Positions 35,401-49,180 of a DNA stretch of 64,000 nt are shown here, piece after piece; positions within the stretch are counted from its first letter, which is position 1; each line of letters begins with the position of its first letter. Both the position numbers and the translations under genes were made by a program. The stretch is from Dimorphilus gyrociliatus (lineage: Eukaryota; Animalia; Annelida): NCBI GenBank assembly GCA_904063045.1, contig CAJFCJ010000005.1:3032165-3096164 (forward strand), written 5' to 3'. The notes beneath the pieces are model-generated. The model saw only the letters and a list, made by a program, of their open reading frames with translations. It searched no databases and was not told the origin of the DNA.

Positions 35401-38400
35401 TTCTTCATCATTGTCACTAATTCAGGACCAGATGTAGGAACTTGCACAACTACTTTCGAATTAAGACACTTTTCAAAGATTGCTTGAACATGACATATAG
35501 ATTCATTTTGGACTTTCTTGTCAGTTGATAAACCTATTTGCGAGGTTCACTCAATAATAATTTTGCATAATAAAAATTTATATTAAAACTTACAATAAAT
35601 TTTTCTAAAAGCATCCAAAAGTGCTAAAATCCCATTTCTTAAAATCATTGCAGTCTGAGGGGAATAGTATTCTTGTGTTAATAGACCGATATAGTGTATT
35701 AAGTGTCGAAGTTCCGATAAGGGAATATAGCCATCTTCTATCTTTTTCTGCAATAAAAATTATATTAATAATATAGAAAAGATTAATTGGTACCCATCTT
35801 ACTCCTTCTGCTTGTTGGCTGAGTTTTTCTCTGGCTTTCATTATACCTTTTCGAAAAGCATTGAGCGTCCAAGTAGTAAGATCGGCAAAAGCGGATTCTA
35901 AAAGGACTCGATCGCATGGTGGTATAAGGTTAACCATTCTCAATGTGTGAGGTATAGGGACCCTATTTGATGTTTGAATTGTTATACCTTGCCAACCGGA
36001 AAGCAAAGCATATTCAGCAGAAGGTAGTAAATTTTTTTGATAAAGAATTTGTAGCATGTTCTGTACTCCTTTCAATCTCATATCAGCTCTTTTCATCTGG
36101 TGGTGTAAACTCCTTCGTATTACATCTATATCTATTGCTTCTGAGTGTAATATAAAATCGTAGATAATTTTGAGAACATTCGGATTGGAGTCTGTCCCGG
36201 CGAGTCTCTGTTTTAACCATCCTAATTGTTTAGGATTAGTTACAGCCAACCTAACATATGACCATAATTCTTGAGCACGAGAATTTCCTTTAGCTTTAGG
36301 ATTTTCAGGGGAGAGGGGTGCCGAATCCGAGGATAATTCGAATTCTGAATCTTGAGTGGGACATAATTTTACCCTAACTTCGGATAAGTCAACATCAGAA
36401 CTGTGTTGAGAAAGTTGTTCATCTGAACTATACGAATCATTCGGTTTCAAAGTGAATTCGTTTGCTAAATCAATAAAAAATATATTTTGTGAATGCTATT
36501 GAACATAACTTTAAATAGTATCCAACCTTTCTCTGTGCGAATAAGATTCAAAGTATACGCCAATGCTCTCTGCCATCTAGATTCTGATTTTAACATTCGA
36601 CACCTAAAGCCATCTAGTAAAGCATTTGAAATACTTGTTGGTCGTAGTTCGTTAATTAAAAAGTAACATCTCTCCATAATTGGGCTGCAGATTTCCTTAT
36701 AAGACCTGTTTTGCTCTTGATGAATCTGTTATTTTAAGCAGTAATTTGTTTAGTATAAATCAACGGAGAACAATGTCATTGATACCTTTATGATTGCTTG
36801 CTTCGCTCGGCAAACAGCTTTACAAACTTCAACTAAACTCTTGGGTAAATTAGAGCATTTCTTCTCTTCATTTTCTTCATCCCTTGCTAAATTCATAGCT
36901 AATAGGCCAATATCCAAATGTCTTAACAACACGGCTAAAATCAATCTGTAAAAATTTTTAACCTGTCAGCTTTGATTACATGATTTAATACCTTTGCTAA
37001 CCTTCCTGATTCTTCAACGGGATGATCTTTTTGGAAAGGTGTGGAAATATATAAATAATGGGTTCCACAGTAGGTATCTAGAACGTCTAAAAATTTAATG
37101 ACAATTTCATCTGTAATATCCCTTTCAGCAAGCGCTTTTATGAATGAATCAGCAAAATCAGTTAAATTTGTATCCTTTTCAGATATCCTCTCTTTGTTTG
37201 CTAATTTCATCTGATCGGGAGGGTTTGATACTGGTGTAACTGCAGTGCTCTCTCCTTTCTCTTCATTAAAAGGATCTTGAGGTAAAAGAGTTTGTAAACC
37301 ACCGGAAAATAATTCACTTGAAAGCCATGCACTTAAAATTAATAATCATTTTAGGAGAATAATGCAATTGCATAATTGTTAGATATTTTCTACCTGCATT
37401 GTTCTTCGCATTGTTCTTCATTTAAACCCCTTACTTGTGAAGCGAAGAAAGAACCTAAAAATAGAGCTAAGTTTCTTTCAACATTAGCAAACGGTGAAGA
37501 TGTTCTATCAAAATATGCTGTTTCAACAATTTCATCATCCGACTGAAAGTTAAAAAAGACATTCAATTGACTATTAGTAAGCAACAAATTGTTATGATTT
37601 ACATCTAAATAAGGACCAACGAAACATTTCTTTAATTCTTCTTCATCAAGGCGATCTAAATTTTCATCTAAATAAAGAAAAATGATCTCTAAATGACGTC
37701 TAATAACGAAGATAAGTTATACCTGTTGGAATAATATCCAATTTTTTTAAATCATAGACATTTCCATTCAAAATTTTCCATTTTCCTCCATCCAGATTCT
37801 CATTTTCAACGTCTCTAAATCGAATATTATTTGCAGCCTTTCGTTTGATTTCCATTTGTTGTCTATTTTTTAATTGAGATTCTATTTTTCAAGAAACAAG
37901 TTTATTACTAAATGTAATTATGTAAATTGAAAATGGGAGTTAATTATCTACCATATTCTCCTGCCCAAGCAAGATCCGTCTCTTCATCGTAGTGACTACC
38001 TGGAGCGTAGGCATTAAAACTATCCAACAAAAATAAAATTTCCCGCAATGGGGTTACAATATCTGTTGATAAAAGTAAAGATGGGACTTTTGTTTGCAGG
38101 AAGGTTAAGTTGATGACTAGTTCCGGTAAAAGTGTCCCTGAATGAGATCATAGTTACTTTCATTGCATTTTGATTAGGTAAATAATATCATACCGATTAC
38201 ATCTTGCGATAATATATTGCTGATGTGAAGGAAATGAGAAGAAGATAAATTATCCAGCAGACTGATAGCAGTAGGAAGAATATCCATTAAATGACTATGC
38301 AAAAGGTTAACATATTTTTGAAGTAATTTCATCATAGCCTCCTTACGGATATCTTTAAAGTGAGGAAATGTTTAATAAATTTTAAATCAGGATAAAAAGT

Positions 38401-41400
38401 ACAACAAAGTAGAAAAAACCTAAATTATCCATTCCGTTTTCAGAATCAAATATTTCAAAAGTTAACATTCTATGAAATTGTTGAAATAATTTAAATGAAG
38501 TGCATGAAGAATCTGAATTTATCATTTGATTTCTTAGTGGTGAATTGGCTCTAACTTCTTTTAATTGGCTTTTTGTTTGAGTTGCTATACTCCGCAGTAG
38601 TTGTTTAATAAGGAAGAGAAGGGGAATATTATTCTGATCAATTTCAATTTCATCATTTGACAAAACTTTATCAATAGTTTTTTCTTTCGTGTCATCTTCC
38701 TTTCTAGCTTCAACGTCTAATTTTTCATTCCTGATAGCACTTTCCAAAGCCGAATTCAATCCATTGTCTGCCATTAGACTTTCTACAAGAAGATTAGTCA
38801 TAAACTCTTGCCCTGAATGAAGATTACTTTGGGACAATGATAACGGTAAGAGATCAGATAAAGCCTTTGCTCTCTGTAAAGCAGTTGGCAGTAGTAAGGA
38901 CCAGGCTACTGTTAATACCTCTTGAGCAGCTTCTTGAATAGTGTTAACAATATGGGCATTACTTGCTAAAAGCACAATTTTGGAACTAAGACTTTTAACT
39001 AATTCTCCATCCTCATTCAGACCAATTGATGAAGGGTTACAATTGTTACAAATGGCTGAGTAGAGTTGTATATGTAGCAAGCGTAGAGTTGCTACGGTCA
39101 TACACTCTTTTCTTTGGCTAGGAGGTCTTTCATCTGTCCCATCCATACCGGAACAAACATCTGACAAAAGAAAATCTAATTGCTCAAAGCATCTTTGATT
39201 GACATCCATGATAAACGGTAGTCTCAGGGGCAAAGTAACACTCCTATCAGAGGAATTACTCCATCCTAAAGTCGAATGTGGAGTACAGCATAATCCAACA
39301 AATTTATTATGGCTTCTTCCATTTGTTGAAAGTTTAAAAGGAAGATTATTTAAGCTTAAAGGTTTAGAACCATATTGATTAAAACTTTTCTTTCCCCAAA
39401 TGTATAACTGTAAAAACAATCACATACAATGAACGTATAATTAAATTAAATATGACAAAATTAACCTCTCCTTTATTCGTTAATGCTGCACAATGATAAA
39501 AACTAGCGGATATGTCAATTATAACTTCGCCGATAGTTTCTACTTGCTTAGGTAGGCAACAGTGTTCTTTTGTTCCGTGACCCAACAAGGCATCGTCACC
39601 TTTTCCCCTAAACACAGAAAATGATATTATAAGCCTAATGGAAAAGAAAATGGTACAGCATATAAAATTTACCATGTATACAACACACCAGAATGACTAA
39701 GTGCCATAGAGAAGTGTGATCCAGCAATAACTTTTTTTATATTCGTAAGTTCAATTTGTTTAGGAATGTCCGTGTATTCAAAAACTCCTGTGCCTTTTTT
39801 TCCATATTCTCCGTCTCCCCATGCAAGTACTGTTCCTAATTGAGTAACACACAATGTATGTGCATTAGGACCTCCGCAGGAAACATCTACGACTTTAACG
39901 TCGGCAAGATATTCGACTAATTGAGGAGTATTTTCCCGAGTATTATGACCCAGCCCTAATTGTCCAACTTCTCCGCTTCCCCATGTATATAATTTGCCAT
40001 TCTGAGTTACAGCCGCACTATAGCTACTGCCTACAGCTACTTTGACAATTACAGTTCCCTCAAAATCCACAATTTTGGTAGGTTCATTAGTGCAGCTAAT
40101 TGATTTTAAAGTTAAAACAATTAAAATACTAATATTTTAAAAAGTTGAACTCACATTTCAGATCCCAATCCTAATTGTCCTTCACTGCCCTTACCCCAAG
40201 CATAAACAGCTCCTTTTGAGGTAAGTGCTAGAACATGTTTGGCACAAGGATTGGCAGCCACTTGAATAATTTCTTCGTCTCTCAAAGCTTCAACCAGTCT
40301 TAGACACTTTAGAAGGAAAAAATTTTACTATGTCGAAATTTGTAATAAAACTTGTCATACTTCATTATCTTTTTTGTTCGAAACGAAATACAAGCTGTAA
40401 GAAGCTGTTATTATAAAAAGATACTGATCCGAACAAGCAATACTATAAATTTCCTCATTTTCAAACAACTTGTCAAGCTCGACTGCTTTAGATTGAATAT
40501 TACAATCAAAAGAATACAAATTACTTTTCAGACGGTTACTATCTTGTTTTTGCTGTCGGAAAATATGTATTTTTTTCAGTATAAGAACAAAATATTACTA
40601 CGATTTCGATATATCTACCTTAGAGAATTTGGATATATATGGTGACGCTAATCGGTCTAAATGAGCAAGCATTACAACTGCACATAGACCTAAATCTACT
40701 AATAAATTCTCATCTCTAGGAAGACGGAGAAAACGTAAAAATACTGCATTCGGTCCCGTATGTTCGTCCTATTAAAAAAATTAAAATTCTAGTATATTTA
40801 ACTTTAATTGGAGTAAATGAAATAGAATACTTCATCTATTTCTCTCTCATCGTTTTCAATATTTGCTCCATCTTCAATCTTTAAATTACTCATTCTTTTA
40901 ATAAAATGTAATAGAGGAGCACTTGTTATAAAGTTGTTAAATCTGTTAACAATAGATAAGAATAGCAATAAAATCACATCAATCAAATAGCAAAACTATT
41001 GTTCTTCTCTTACCTATTATCATTTCTATGTCTTCTACCACTAGACCATAAATTTAAAAGGAGGATAATAGCATTTATCAGGTCGCTGACGCTTGCTTTT
41101 TGTAAAGTTAGCTCCATGAAAATGCCCAAAGCCGTTTGTTGATCAACTAAAGGGATTGGTAAACTACATGATGCTCCTGTTCCACTAGAAATATGTCTGA
41201 AAAAATACAAATTAAATATTAGACATAGTCCAATTTGTTATTTCAATTATACCCTTGAATAACTGTATCTAAGAAATTTTCGATTTTCTTCATTAAATCG
41301 AACCAAACGGAGGTGGAGGAATCGATTTGAAACATGCTACCAGGTTCAATGTCTCTTAAAGCTTCGAGAGCGTCTTGTAGGAATTCTGAGCACAAATCGC

Positions 41401-42102
41401 AATCTTCTCCAGATCGCCAAGCTCTTTTAAGAGAGAAGCTGATAAACGAAAAAGCAGTTCTTGAACCAACTTTTGCAAAGCTGGCAGATAGATTTTCCGA
41501 TTTTTTCTGATGCAGGCTATAAGATTCGAATACAGAATATTAGAGACTAAAAGATATAATTTTTTTAATAAAGTGGTCACCTTCTCTGTTTATCAATATT
41601 TTCTTGAGCATATTTTTCTTTTTTCGAGGTGTTGACCTCTCTTCGAATGTTTCCTTTTAAATTTTCTGCTTTTAAAGCTAACATATAACGTTCTAGTATT
41701 ACAAGTTGATATCTGATCTTCATGGCACTCTTAGTACTTCGACCGACTTCGCAGCATAAATCTTGCTGTTCTTTTAAAACACTTTCAAGACAATTGGTTA
41801 GGTCCGAACGCTTAATGTCATCTCTCCAAATCCATAATTTGAAGATTTCGCATGAAGGCTGTAGTTTAGCACCATCTGCGTTGTCAACATCAACAAAGCG
41901 AACTTCACCGCTTTCTACAAGCTCATTCCATAAGGAAAAGAGGAAGTTATCGATAAATATGTCCTAAAAAAATAAAAAGTTGATTTGTTTATCATCTATC
42001 ACTTTGAAATATTTGTAGGGAAATAGAGACCTTTAGATCTAATTTAAGCCATTTCGAATCTAGCCTCGATTTACGTTCCAAAACAATTTCTCGCCAAGAC
42101 AT
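26474..42102 (-). CDS. HERC2: E3 ubiquitin ligase HERC2 (RLD1, cyt-b5-like, MIB/HERC2, UBA-like, CPH, ZZ-like, DOC, RLD2, RLD3, HECT)
   Basis: N-terminus [20 protein letters not shown] at 42102 matches the HERC2 RLDSKWLK motif. RCC1 repeats at ~39.4-40.8 kb, ~31-32 kb and ~28.1-29.2 kb; MIB/HERC2 ([14 protein letters not shown]...[11 protein letters not shown]); CPH ([18 protein letters not shown]); DOC ([17 protein letters not shown]); HECT ([13 protein letters not shown]). Many short introns. Confidence 0.97.
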
Positions 42103-42623
42103 GATTAGCTTATATTATAAGTTTCCTAAACGAGAAATATATATCCCTTCAAAAATACATATAGTTGCTTGAACAGGAATAGAGCATGGAAATATCCCCC
42201 AGAATCGCAGCAAATTGTCAACATCGGGAAAAATTCTAAGGTCAAGGTTTTTCAAAATGTTCTATCTTGCAGAAAACCGAACCAGACTAGTCATCAACGC
42301 CCTCTAGCCTCAAAATTTTTAAATTAGTTTTTTTTATTTAAGCTCATGAAATATAATACATATCAATTATTGTAAAAATATCCATTAAGCTCATTAAAAT
42401 CTAAATATTTATATATGTAGTATATAAATATAATAAATATTGATAAAAAATTCTGACAAAAGTTAAAAGAGAAATATTCGATTTAAAAATGTTCGTAAAC
42501 AATGTTTATTAATATTTTAATAAGAGGTGTTTTTATATATAAATATTATTGTAATTTTATAAGAAATTGTTAAATTCTCTATAAATGGATATGGATAAAT
42601 AAAGATTTAAGTAATGACGTAAA

Positions 42624-44247
42624 ATGATCAAATACTTCCGAATACTTTATTATTATACTTGTATTATTCTAATAAAAACAGTGTATAATAATAAGCAAGA
42701 AATAATATATAATCATTTAAAGATTGTAAGTTTAAATTTATTGAAAATATGAGTTTAATAAGAAAATTCTCAAATAAAAATAGAATGAGGAAACTTGTTC
42801 GTGTATTCATTCAAATTTAGAACTGGAAATAAATTGCTGGTCTTCCGGAGAATGTTTCTACGGTTATTTTATAAGAATTTTATCATTTATCTATATAATC
42901 AAATTAGATTAATATTTATATATTTTTAGGTCAAAGTATCGAGAAAGTAACGTTTCAATGTAAAGAAATATATAATTATAAACTAAATAAGAATATTTCA
43001 AAAATATTTAAGTAGGTCAATTAAAATAAATTTATCTTTCTTTTTTTCGATATTCATCGATATCATTCTAAATATGGCGCTTTTTTCTCTCTCTCTCTCT
43101 TACATACAGTCATGTTCAGATATTGGAAAATGTTAGAATAATAAAATTCCATTATTGTAATAGTCCTGGTCTTCGAATTTTTATTCCTTCACGTTTAAAA
43201 TATGTTAAAGTACTAGAAATAGGCATTAACAATGGTCATAATCCAATTATATGTTTATTGTTTATTAAGAAAGTTGAAAAATTGATATTTATTTGGCATG
43301 GTAAAGTGATTAAGGATGGATCATTTAATTTTTACGAAAATTATTGTAGTGGTTATCCTCTTCGAATTGAAATAGTTGACGAATTGGTTATTAAAAAATT
43401 CTTACCCATTCAAGTATATCCATTCAAATTACGAAGTTTAAACATTATCTTAGATGATCTTACTATATTACCTTTAAATCTAAGTACTACATTTTGCCTC
43501 TATCTTTTAAACGATATAGAAGAGTTAAAGTTAAAAGTTTATAAGGAGGAACTACCTTACGAATACCTATGTAAATTGGAATGGTTGTTCAAATTAGTAA
43601 TATATAGATTGACTTTGAAGAAACATAGTACTCTTGAACTTATTAATAAAAAGACAAAAATGTCTTATTTCTTTCAAAATTCAAGAGACGAACTTGAAAT
43701 TACCATAAAAAATTACTGTTCTATTAATTATAGCATGAATTACAACAATCTTTGTTTAGATTATGAGCAATCTACAACTTTTAAAACGTTTATAAATAGT
43801 TCTACACCAAATGAATTAACAGAATCAACAAGCTTAAATAATGCTAGCGTTCAAACAACAGTAATAACTTTAAATATATATAATTCAACTAAAAATATAA
43901 TTATTGGTAATCTGCACTCTATTCTTTCGTACTAATTATTCCATAATGATCCCTTGAACACGTTACAGATAAAACTACAATTGATCCTAGAAAAAGTGAT
44001 ATCCAAGTAATAAAAAGAGAATTCTTTTAAAATATTTAATAAAGGTTTCTTTATTAATTAGACATGGAAATTAGGAATATCAATAACAGCTTTAGTAATT
44101 ACCAGTTTATTAGTAATATTTCTATCACTTTCTACATTCTATTTAAAGACCAGGAGGAAACACTTGAAACTATTCAATGGTAATTCTAACGAGTCTGATG
44201 AAATTTCACATTGGACAGAATCTTCATCGAGTAATGCATATTATTAA
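42624..44247 (+). CDS. Orphan single-pass type I membrane protein (six exons, ~430 aa)
   Basis: Exons 42624-42725, 42784-42862, 42930-43011, 43110-43906, 43969-44006 and 44062-44247 splice in frame at GT-AG sites. They give a signal-like N-terminus, a Cys cluster (TCSC...INCWSSGEC), a Ser/Thr/Asn-rich stalk, a TM helix (LGISITALVITSLLVIFLSLSTFYL) followed by KTRRK, and a short tail ending NAYY*. Confidence 0.6.
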
Positions 44248-44424
44248 TGAAATGGTAAATAAAGTTATATCTTCTTTAAACTGAATTGCATTAAATAATT
44301 AATAATAGATGTCGCCACTGAATAAAATGACTGGTAACAACGCAAATAAACTTGATTGAATGGTCAAAAATCAATAAGAAATAGTAACAGAAAAGATTTC
44401 TCTCTTTTGAAGGGAAAGGAAATT

Positions 44425-45232
44425 ATGTGGCAATATTTTTGGCCTCATATTGTTTATCATTTAATTAGATGGTTCCCGAGAAACAATAGAATTAAAATGT
44501 GAGTTAACTATTCAAAATTTAACTATATTTCGTTACACTTTTATTCAGCAAACTTGAATTGAAAGGTTTTTTTGGGGGAATGTAAATAAACTGAAAATAT
44601 TTTTTTCTCTTCTTTTGCTTACAGTCGAATTGTTCTCTTCATTTTTACGTTTGCTTTAATTATTCCACAAATTGTTGTACTCTCTTTCGAGCATACGAAA
44701 CGTTACTGTGCTCAGCCTCTTTTGGAATTGCTAATTCTATCATTAGTCCTAACACTATGCCTTTGCGGATTCTCTGTATTATTTGGAATAATGGATCCAG
44801 TTCCTTGGGAAGTAAAATTGGTTTTCCATATATTCGGTTTGGTAACGTTTATTAGTGGACTTGTTACTGTAGGCTATACAGCTCAAGCCGGCTATTGCGT
44901 AAGAAATATTTTATAAATGTGGAACTTTTTTGCAAATGATAAAATATGCTATTTCACTTTCTTCAGAGGATTAGTACCAATGAGCTCTATTACTATTCAA
45001 TTGCTGCTTGTGTACTGATACTACTCTCTACCGGTAGATTATTAAATATTTTAGTACCATAAGTAAGGACTATCTTAACTATAGATTTATTTATTCAACA
45101 GTTTATTTCGTCTTCCTAATACCGTTTTGGATTGCTGAAAGATTTAAACCGGATATTATTCTGGATAGAAAGCAGCGAGTCGGTATTTGTTTTGAACCAG
45201 TTAACTGTTGCCAATGCGTTTGGCATATTTAA
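44425..45232 (+). CDS. Small four-transmembrane protein (~185 aa), possibly TMEM272-like
   Basis: Exons 44425-44498, 44625-44898, 44967-45033 and 45102-45232 splice in frame. Four hydrophobic helices, loop Cys motifs (RYCAQP; GYCRISTNELYYY), Cys-rich tail (NCCQCVWHI*). Family assignment is inference only. Confidence 0.6.
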
Positions 45233-45795
45233 AATTTTGTCGCTGGTCGGCCTAAATTCTTCCATGTCTTCCGTTTTAAGACTAAGAAAACACTCTTTCT
45301 AAAATATTTATTCGAGTCTTTTATTATTTTTCGTCCTTTCGTGTCAATATTATGCAGCTTATTTGTTAGAACAAAGTAAATAAAACAGGCAAAAATTAAC
45401 TTAAATTACATTTCTACCGATATGTTTCACTTTACCTTCGAACAAGCATGATTATTCATTCAAGTATCTTCTTCATTCATAGGTAACTCTCTCTATAGAC
45501 AAGATATAAAAATATAAAGACTTTTTCATCTTTTACTTTGAATTTTGTTCAATTTTTTTTTAAAGTACAAACAATTCATGCAGTCAAAATATTTCAATTT
45601 TTTGTTCAGTACCGGACGATATTTAGCTGTTGTTTTTGCGTAAATAGCATGTTTGGAGACATAAATTAATAGCTCTAAGGAACTTTTTTCTTTCGATCTA
45701 ATGAATCGAACGAGACAAATAGGAAACAAGGAGAACGAAAAACAAAATGTGCTTTCTACGAAAATGAATAACTAACATTGACAATAAATCTATAT

Positions 45796-46458
45796 TTAAC
45801 TTCTTTTAGGTTGTTTTGAAATCTCGGCAACATCAATGCTTGCGAAATTGATACAGGCAGCGTACATTTGCACCAAACTTATTCCAGATTTAACTAATGC
45901 TATAGGAGCGCACAGAATACATATTGCCGAATATATGCCAAAACTCAGTGGACCAAGAGGAACTACAGGTCCCGGTGTAAAATAAACAAGATAAAGCATA
46001 CAATAGAATAACTCATTTCCGGCACACATGCAGAACAAAACTTTACGATTCGTGTAGTATAATTTTAGGATTTTGTTCTTAGATAGGTCCATCTTCTTGT
46101 GGTTTTCGATACCTTTCATCAGACATGATTGTAGGTGCATCCAATGACTAGCAATATCGATTACAACTGACAACTGGAAAATAAACATCCAACTTGGATA
46201 GAAATGTGACAGTGTAATCAAAAGACACATTGTTGCACAACGATCCGTCAGTTGGTCGAGAATTGCTCCGAACTTTGAGCTTTGATTTAACATTCTGGCA
46301 GCATGTCCATCTATGGCATCCAGGAATGAAGATAGTAAGTAACAGAATGTAGCTATAACATGATTTGTTGGCATGAAGTAGAAAGAGATCAGAGCGAGTA
46401 TTATCCTTGCGTAGCCGATTAGATTCGGCACGAAAAGGAAGACGTCCTTTTCTTCCAT
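45796..46458 (-). CDS. CDIPT: CDP-diacylglycerol--inositol 3-phosphatidyltransferase (phosphatidylinositol synthase), single exon
   Basis: 220 aa; VFLFVPNLIGYARI and the CDP-alcohol phosphotransferase motif DAIDGHAARMLNQSSKFGAILDQLTDR. Confidence 0.97.
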   Translation of the reverse strand: MEEKDVFLFVPNLIGYARIILALISFYFMPTNHVIATFCYLLSSFLDAIDGHAARMLNQSSKFGAILDQLTDRCATMCLLITLSHFYPSWMFIFQLSVVIDIASHWMHLQSCLMKGIENHKKMDLSKNKILKLYYTNRKVLFCMCAGNELFYCMLYLVYFTPGPVVPLGPLSFGIYSAICILCAPIALVKSGISLVQMYAACINFASIDVAEISKQPKRS

Positions 46459-46790
46459 TGAGTCTTTAGTAGGGAATGATTCTCCTCAAAATAAGTGAAT
46501 TTATAGAAATCTGTGAATAAAATTTCTAGTAGCGTATTTTATAGGATCCGATTAAGCTTATTAATAGAGTATTTCGCAAGAAACCTCACCTTATTAGTGA
46601 TTCACTGTGACGCGTTTAGCACTTAAAAATGGCGGCTAACTTCCGCTCAAAAAGTTTCGTAAGATAGTTATTTTCGCGCCAAAAATAAGGAACATTTCAA
46701 TTATTAATTCTTTTAAACCAACATTATATTTAAATATCTTGACTATTAGAAGGAAAACACGCGTTAGCAAATTATCTCTTAGAGTCACAA

Positions 46791-48669
46791 TTATTTTTCT
46801 CTTGTGCTTCTTTTCTTTTCGCAATCCTTCCAGTACTCCTCACTTTGCATCTCAATTAATCTAGAAACAACTCTTTCAACTGCAAATTGTTCTTCAAGAC
46901 CAGAGAAAAGAGCTAATTCTTCATTTGGGTCACCCTAATTATAAAAAATATACAAATATAAGAATTAATAAAATCATTAATAAATTACTTTTTTAATATC
47001 CAAATCTCCTATGACAATCCTTTTAAAGTGCTCTTCTTCGTCAGTTAGTTCTTTACCAATTGAGAATAAATAATTGATTGTTGCATCAGCCGAACAAACA
47101 AGTTGCATCTGATTAACAAGTAATTAGAATTACAGATAGATTATTGATAACAATGAACGTACCCTTTCGTCATATATTGTATCGATAAGACTAATAAATC
47201 TTTTAGCAGCAGTTTTATTTCTTTTCGTTAATATTGGAATATTTCTTAATAAAAGTGTATTGAATTCTTTAGATATCTCTAAATAGTCTTCAGCGCCAAG
47301 TGGTCTATCGCACAACTCCTTAAAATCGCAGTCAATTACTTTTCCCTTCGTTTTTACGAACTTAACTTGTCTTTCCCTAACTGTTATGACTCTTTCTCCT
47401 TCAACTGGAAATAAATTACGGATTATAGGACTAATTCATAATGTAAAGTAAATGTTTTTACCTCCGGACTCCTTCTTTGTTAAATCTTCAAATATCCTAT
47501 CCATTTCTTTTACAGAGTCACATTTATGTGTACTATATATTTCATTATAGATTTTATTATTATGACTTATTTGAATAACTTATTTCTTGAAACAATACTA
47601 ACACAAAGAATATTTGACTTGTAGATGGCACTTTCAAAACCCTATGATCAATTTTTGAGTCTAAATCCCTAACTATACAATTTTCCTGCAGAAGAGATAG
47701 ATGATAATAATATAAAAATCTATAATTAACTTTATAGTTTACCTGTAATAAAGGAATAAATGGTACAAAGTTACTTCTTTGTAAACCTTTTTCATATAAT
47801 TCTTCAGGTGGGCGATTTGATGTAGCGATAACAACAACTCCATATTCCCATAAGAACGTAAAGAGTCTTTTTAAAATCATAGCATCGGCTATGTTAGTTA
47901 CTTGAAATTCATCGAAGCACAATAGCCAAGACTCCTCAGCAATTTTACGGGCAACTGGAGGAATAGGATCAAAACTTTCATGTATTCTAACTGTCTTATC
48001 CCTGGGAATAGTTTCTTTAAAGGCGTGTATCTCTACCAAAGTAGAAAAAATGTTTAATTCAAATTATTAACTTTATCATTTCTATTACTTTTGTGGACAT
48101 TAGCCATAAATTCATGAAAATGAAGACGGCTCTTCTTCTCTATTGTAGATGTGTCATAAAATAAATCCATAAGCATTGTTTTGCCACAACCAACGCTACC
48201 GTGAAGATAAAGTCCTTTAGGTTTTTCAACTTTTTTCTTTCTAAATAATTTCTATAGCAGTTGAAACTTGTAAATCATTTAAATATTCTTATAATATTTC
48301 GTATTGGGAAATATATTTACTGGTATCAACCGGACCTGCCGTTCAAAGGAATTAGGAACATAATTTTCTAAACGATCCCTCAATGGTTCGAACTCTTCCT
48401 TTATGATTAATCTCTGAAATTCGTCATTATCTAATTCTCCTGATTTAATTCGTGTTTCGTATAAACTTGATAAGGTTTTGGAGTAGACACATGTGGTATC
48501 TGCAATAAATAATGAAATTGTTCAAGTCTAAAGCACACAAAAACAATGCAACTTAAAGAAATTATTGATGTTAATTACGCGATAAACATCTAGAAATGAT
48601 CTTCGGTTCATAATAATATAAGGTTGAAAATATCAAAGATGACCTTTTCATGAGAGGTGAAAACGCCAT
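46791..48669 (-). CDS. AFG1L: AFG1-like mitochondrial ATPase (LACE1); multi-exon
   Basis: Presequence-like N-terminus [12 protein letters not shown]; [22 protein letters not shown] (Walker A), [22 protein letters not shown] (Walker B), [50 protein letters not shown]. Confidence 0.95.
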
Positions 48670-49180
48670 TTTGCAGACGATATTAGATTAAAATAAGGCA
48701 GATGGCGCTCCCAAAAATATACTAGAATATTGACGAAATCATTTTAGACTCTCCTCATTTCAAACAATTTTTAGTTTTCACATACATTTTCAATTTCTTA
48801 AATCAATTTATAGATAAATTCTACAATGATATAAGCTTATTTCAATTATAAAACTTTCTATACATTTATATTATCAATCTTTTCCAATTTGTTTGAAATG
48901 GAGCAAATGAATGCAACATTGCACCGCTTTTAAATTCCCAGAGAAGCAAGAGAATTTTCTCTTAATCGTTTGCTTAAGACTAAATTATGAAAAGGTTTGC
49001 CTACCTTTCCTACTGAGAGATTGATATTTCTATGTTATAGATTTTTCATTGTATTTCACACGAAAAATACTGACAAAGACAAGGTTAAACTAACATTAGG
49101 TTACACTTCTCAACCTCCATAAAATATTTTCTTTTAATTAACATTCATCTGCCAGAAGATATATCTGAAAGCTCATATAA

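Noticed and set aside
37620-37870. Cytochrome b5-like region of HERC2 lacking the heme His/HPGG motif
   Set aside because: As I recall, this domain is already heme-less in other HERC2 proteins, so it is not novel.
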